Source: an uncultured Pseudomonadota bacterium
GTDB lineage: Bacteria > Oederibacteriota > Muellerivitia > Muellerivitales > Muellerivitaceae
Length of the DNA stretch: 64,000 nucleotides
Reading direction: 5' to 3'
NCBI GenBank assembly: GCA_963843375.1
Contig: CAWJKT010000006.1
Coordinates: forward strand, 192,001 to 256,000
In this document: positions 63,274 to 64,000 of the stretch, in pieces
How positions within the stretch are numbered: the stretch's first letter is position 1
Layout: the number at the start of each line of letters is the position of its first letter
Notes under the pieces: model-generated
What the model saw: only the letters and a program-made list of their open reading frames with translations
Database searches by the model: none
What the model was told of the DNA's origin: nothing
Program-made: the position numbers and the translations under genes

Positions 63274-64000
63274 TTAAAAAGTACAGCTATTGCTGACCGT
63301 TACACTAATACCGGATACATTGCTGTAAGTGCCGCTGGAGGTTGCCGATGCCCCGCTCAGCACTTCCTGCTCGGTAAAGTTGCCCTGGGAACAACTGGTG
63401 GCACTGGGGTTGTCGTAAACGGCCCAACCGTCCCCGGCAATATTCCCCGGATTGTAATTCTGCAGGGCGCTGACGATGGCATTAAAACCATAGCCGCTGC
63501 CGCCATTACCGTTGTCGTTGATAATGACCAGTTCAGTATTTTCACCCGGAGCGGCTTCGACGGAAAAGCTTCCGCCGGAACCCGACGCTCCATTGCTTAA
63601 CGCTTCAAAATTGCCGTTCTGGTCATAGGTCGCCACAAAAACATTTCCGGGGGCCGCGCTCCAGTTCACCGTACCGCTGAGCGTGATCCCTTGGTAAGTA
63701 TTGGCGGTGTTAAAAGTGATACCTACGTTGTTGACGACGCCCACCGTATAGGGACCCATGATGGTGACCGGATCCCCGATACAAGGTTCCTGACCGTTAT
63801 CGCAATTATTACCGTTGGAGGAGTACCAAGCCTGGAACCAATATTGGGTGATTGTGGAGGGAAGGCTGTTGTCGATCATGTCATACCGGCCGCCATTCAC
63901 GGTCACGCTATTTCCCGAGTTGAGGTAGGAAACACAGTTGGAATCGGTGTAAACCGCCCAATCGATCTGGTCCGAATTGCTGACACCCCCCGGCGTATAG
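63274..64000 (-). CDS. C-terminal part of an N/G/S/T-rich, probably secreted protein (starts beyond the window)
   Basis: Open frame running to the window edge; extracellular-type composition with Cys residues. Confidence 0.6.
   Translation of the reverse strand, partial: YTPGGVSNSDQIDWAVYTDSNCVSYLNSGNSVTVNGGRYDMIDNSLPSTITQYWFQAWYSSNGNNCDNGQEPCIGDPVTIMGPYTVGVVNNVGITFNTANTYQGITLSGTVNWSAAPGNVFVATYDQNGNFEALSNGASGSGGSFSVEAAPGENTELVIINDNGNGGSGYGFNAIVSALQNYNPGNIAGDGWAVYDNPSATSCSQGNFTEQEVLSGASATSSGTYSNVSGISVTVSNSCTF

Overview
Bacterial chromosomal window from a diderm organism (Skp/OmpH, a PorV-family protein, a flagellar hook gene, proteins with T9SS/FlgD-like C-terminal domains). The taxon cannot be fixed from the sequence alone. 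Both flanks are mostly housekeeping. The left flank has hisN-like, pfkA, FKBP, an ABC-2 exporter, flgE, an ECF sigma/anti-sigma pair and msrA. The right flank has skp, mutS, miaB, scpAB, trpS, a tRNA nucleotidyltransferase, rnhB and rplS-trmD-rimM-khpA-rpsP. The centre (~21.1-35.2 kb) is accessory DNA beside tRNA-Asp(GTC) and has two parts. (i) An AT-rich islet with a helicase-IV-like gene and a dcm...vsr locus broken by an IS3 that carries a second, nested IS3. (ii) A 7.2-kb integrative element with a perfect 46-bp att duplication, a tyrosine integrase, Xis, a Replic_Relax-like protein, a DUF433/DUF5615 TA pair, a TM-HEPN-like gene and a structured non-coding block (three long hairpins plus a nearly G-free tract). 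The most unusual items are a 1857-aa repeat protein with a HicB-like N-terminus and no signal peptide, a ~290-nt unidentified structured RNA candidate upstream of the rpsP promoter, the minimal tRNA-Asp element, and an flgE-ECF-anti-sigma(FlgD Ig)-PorV cluster. Many genes, including essential ones, carry single-base frameshifts, often in homopolymers. These are most likely sequencing or assembly errors, so apparent gene fusions and splits need caution. No CRISPR array or rRNA was seen.
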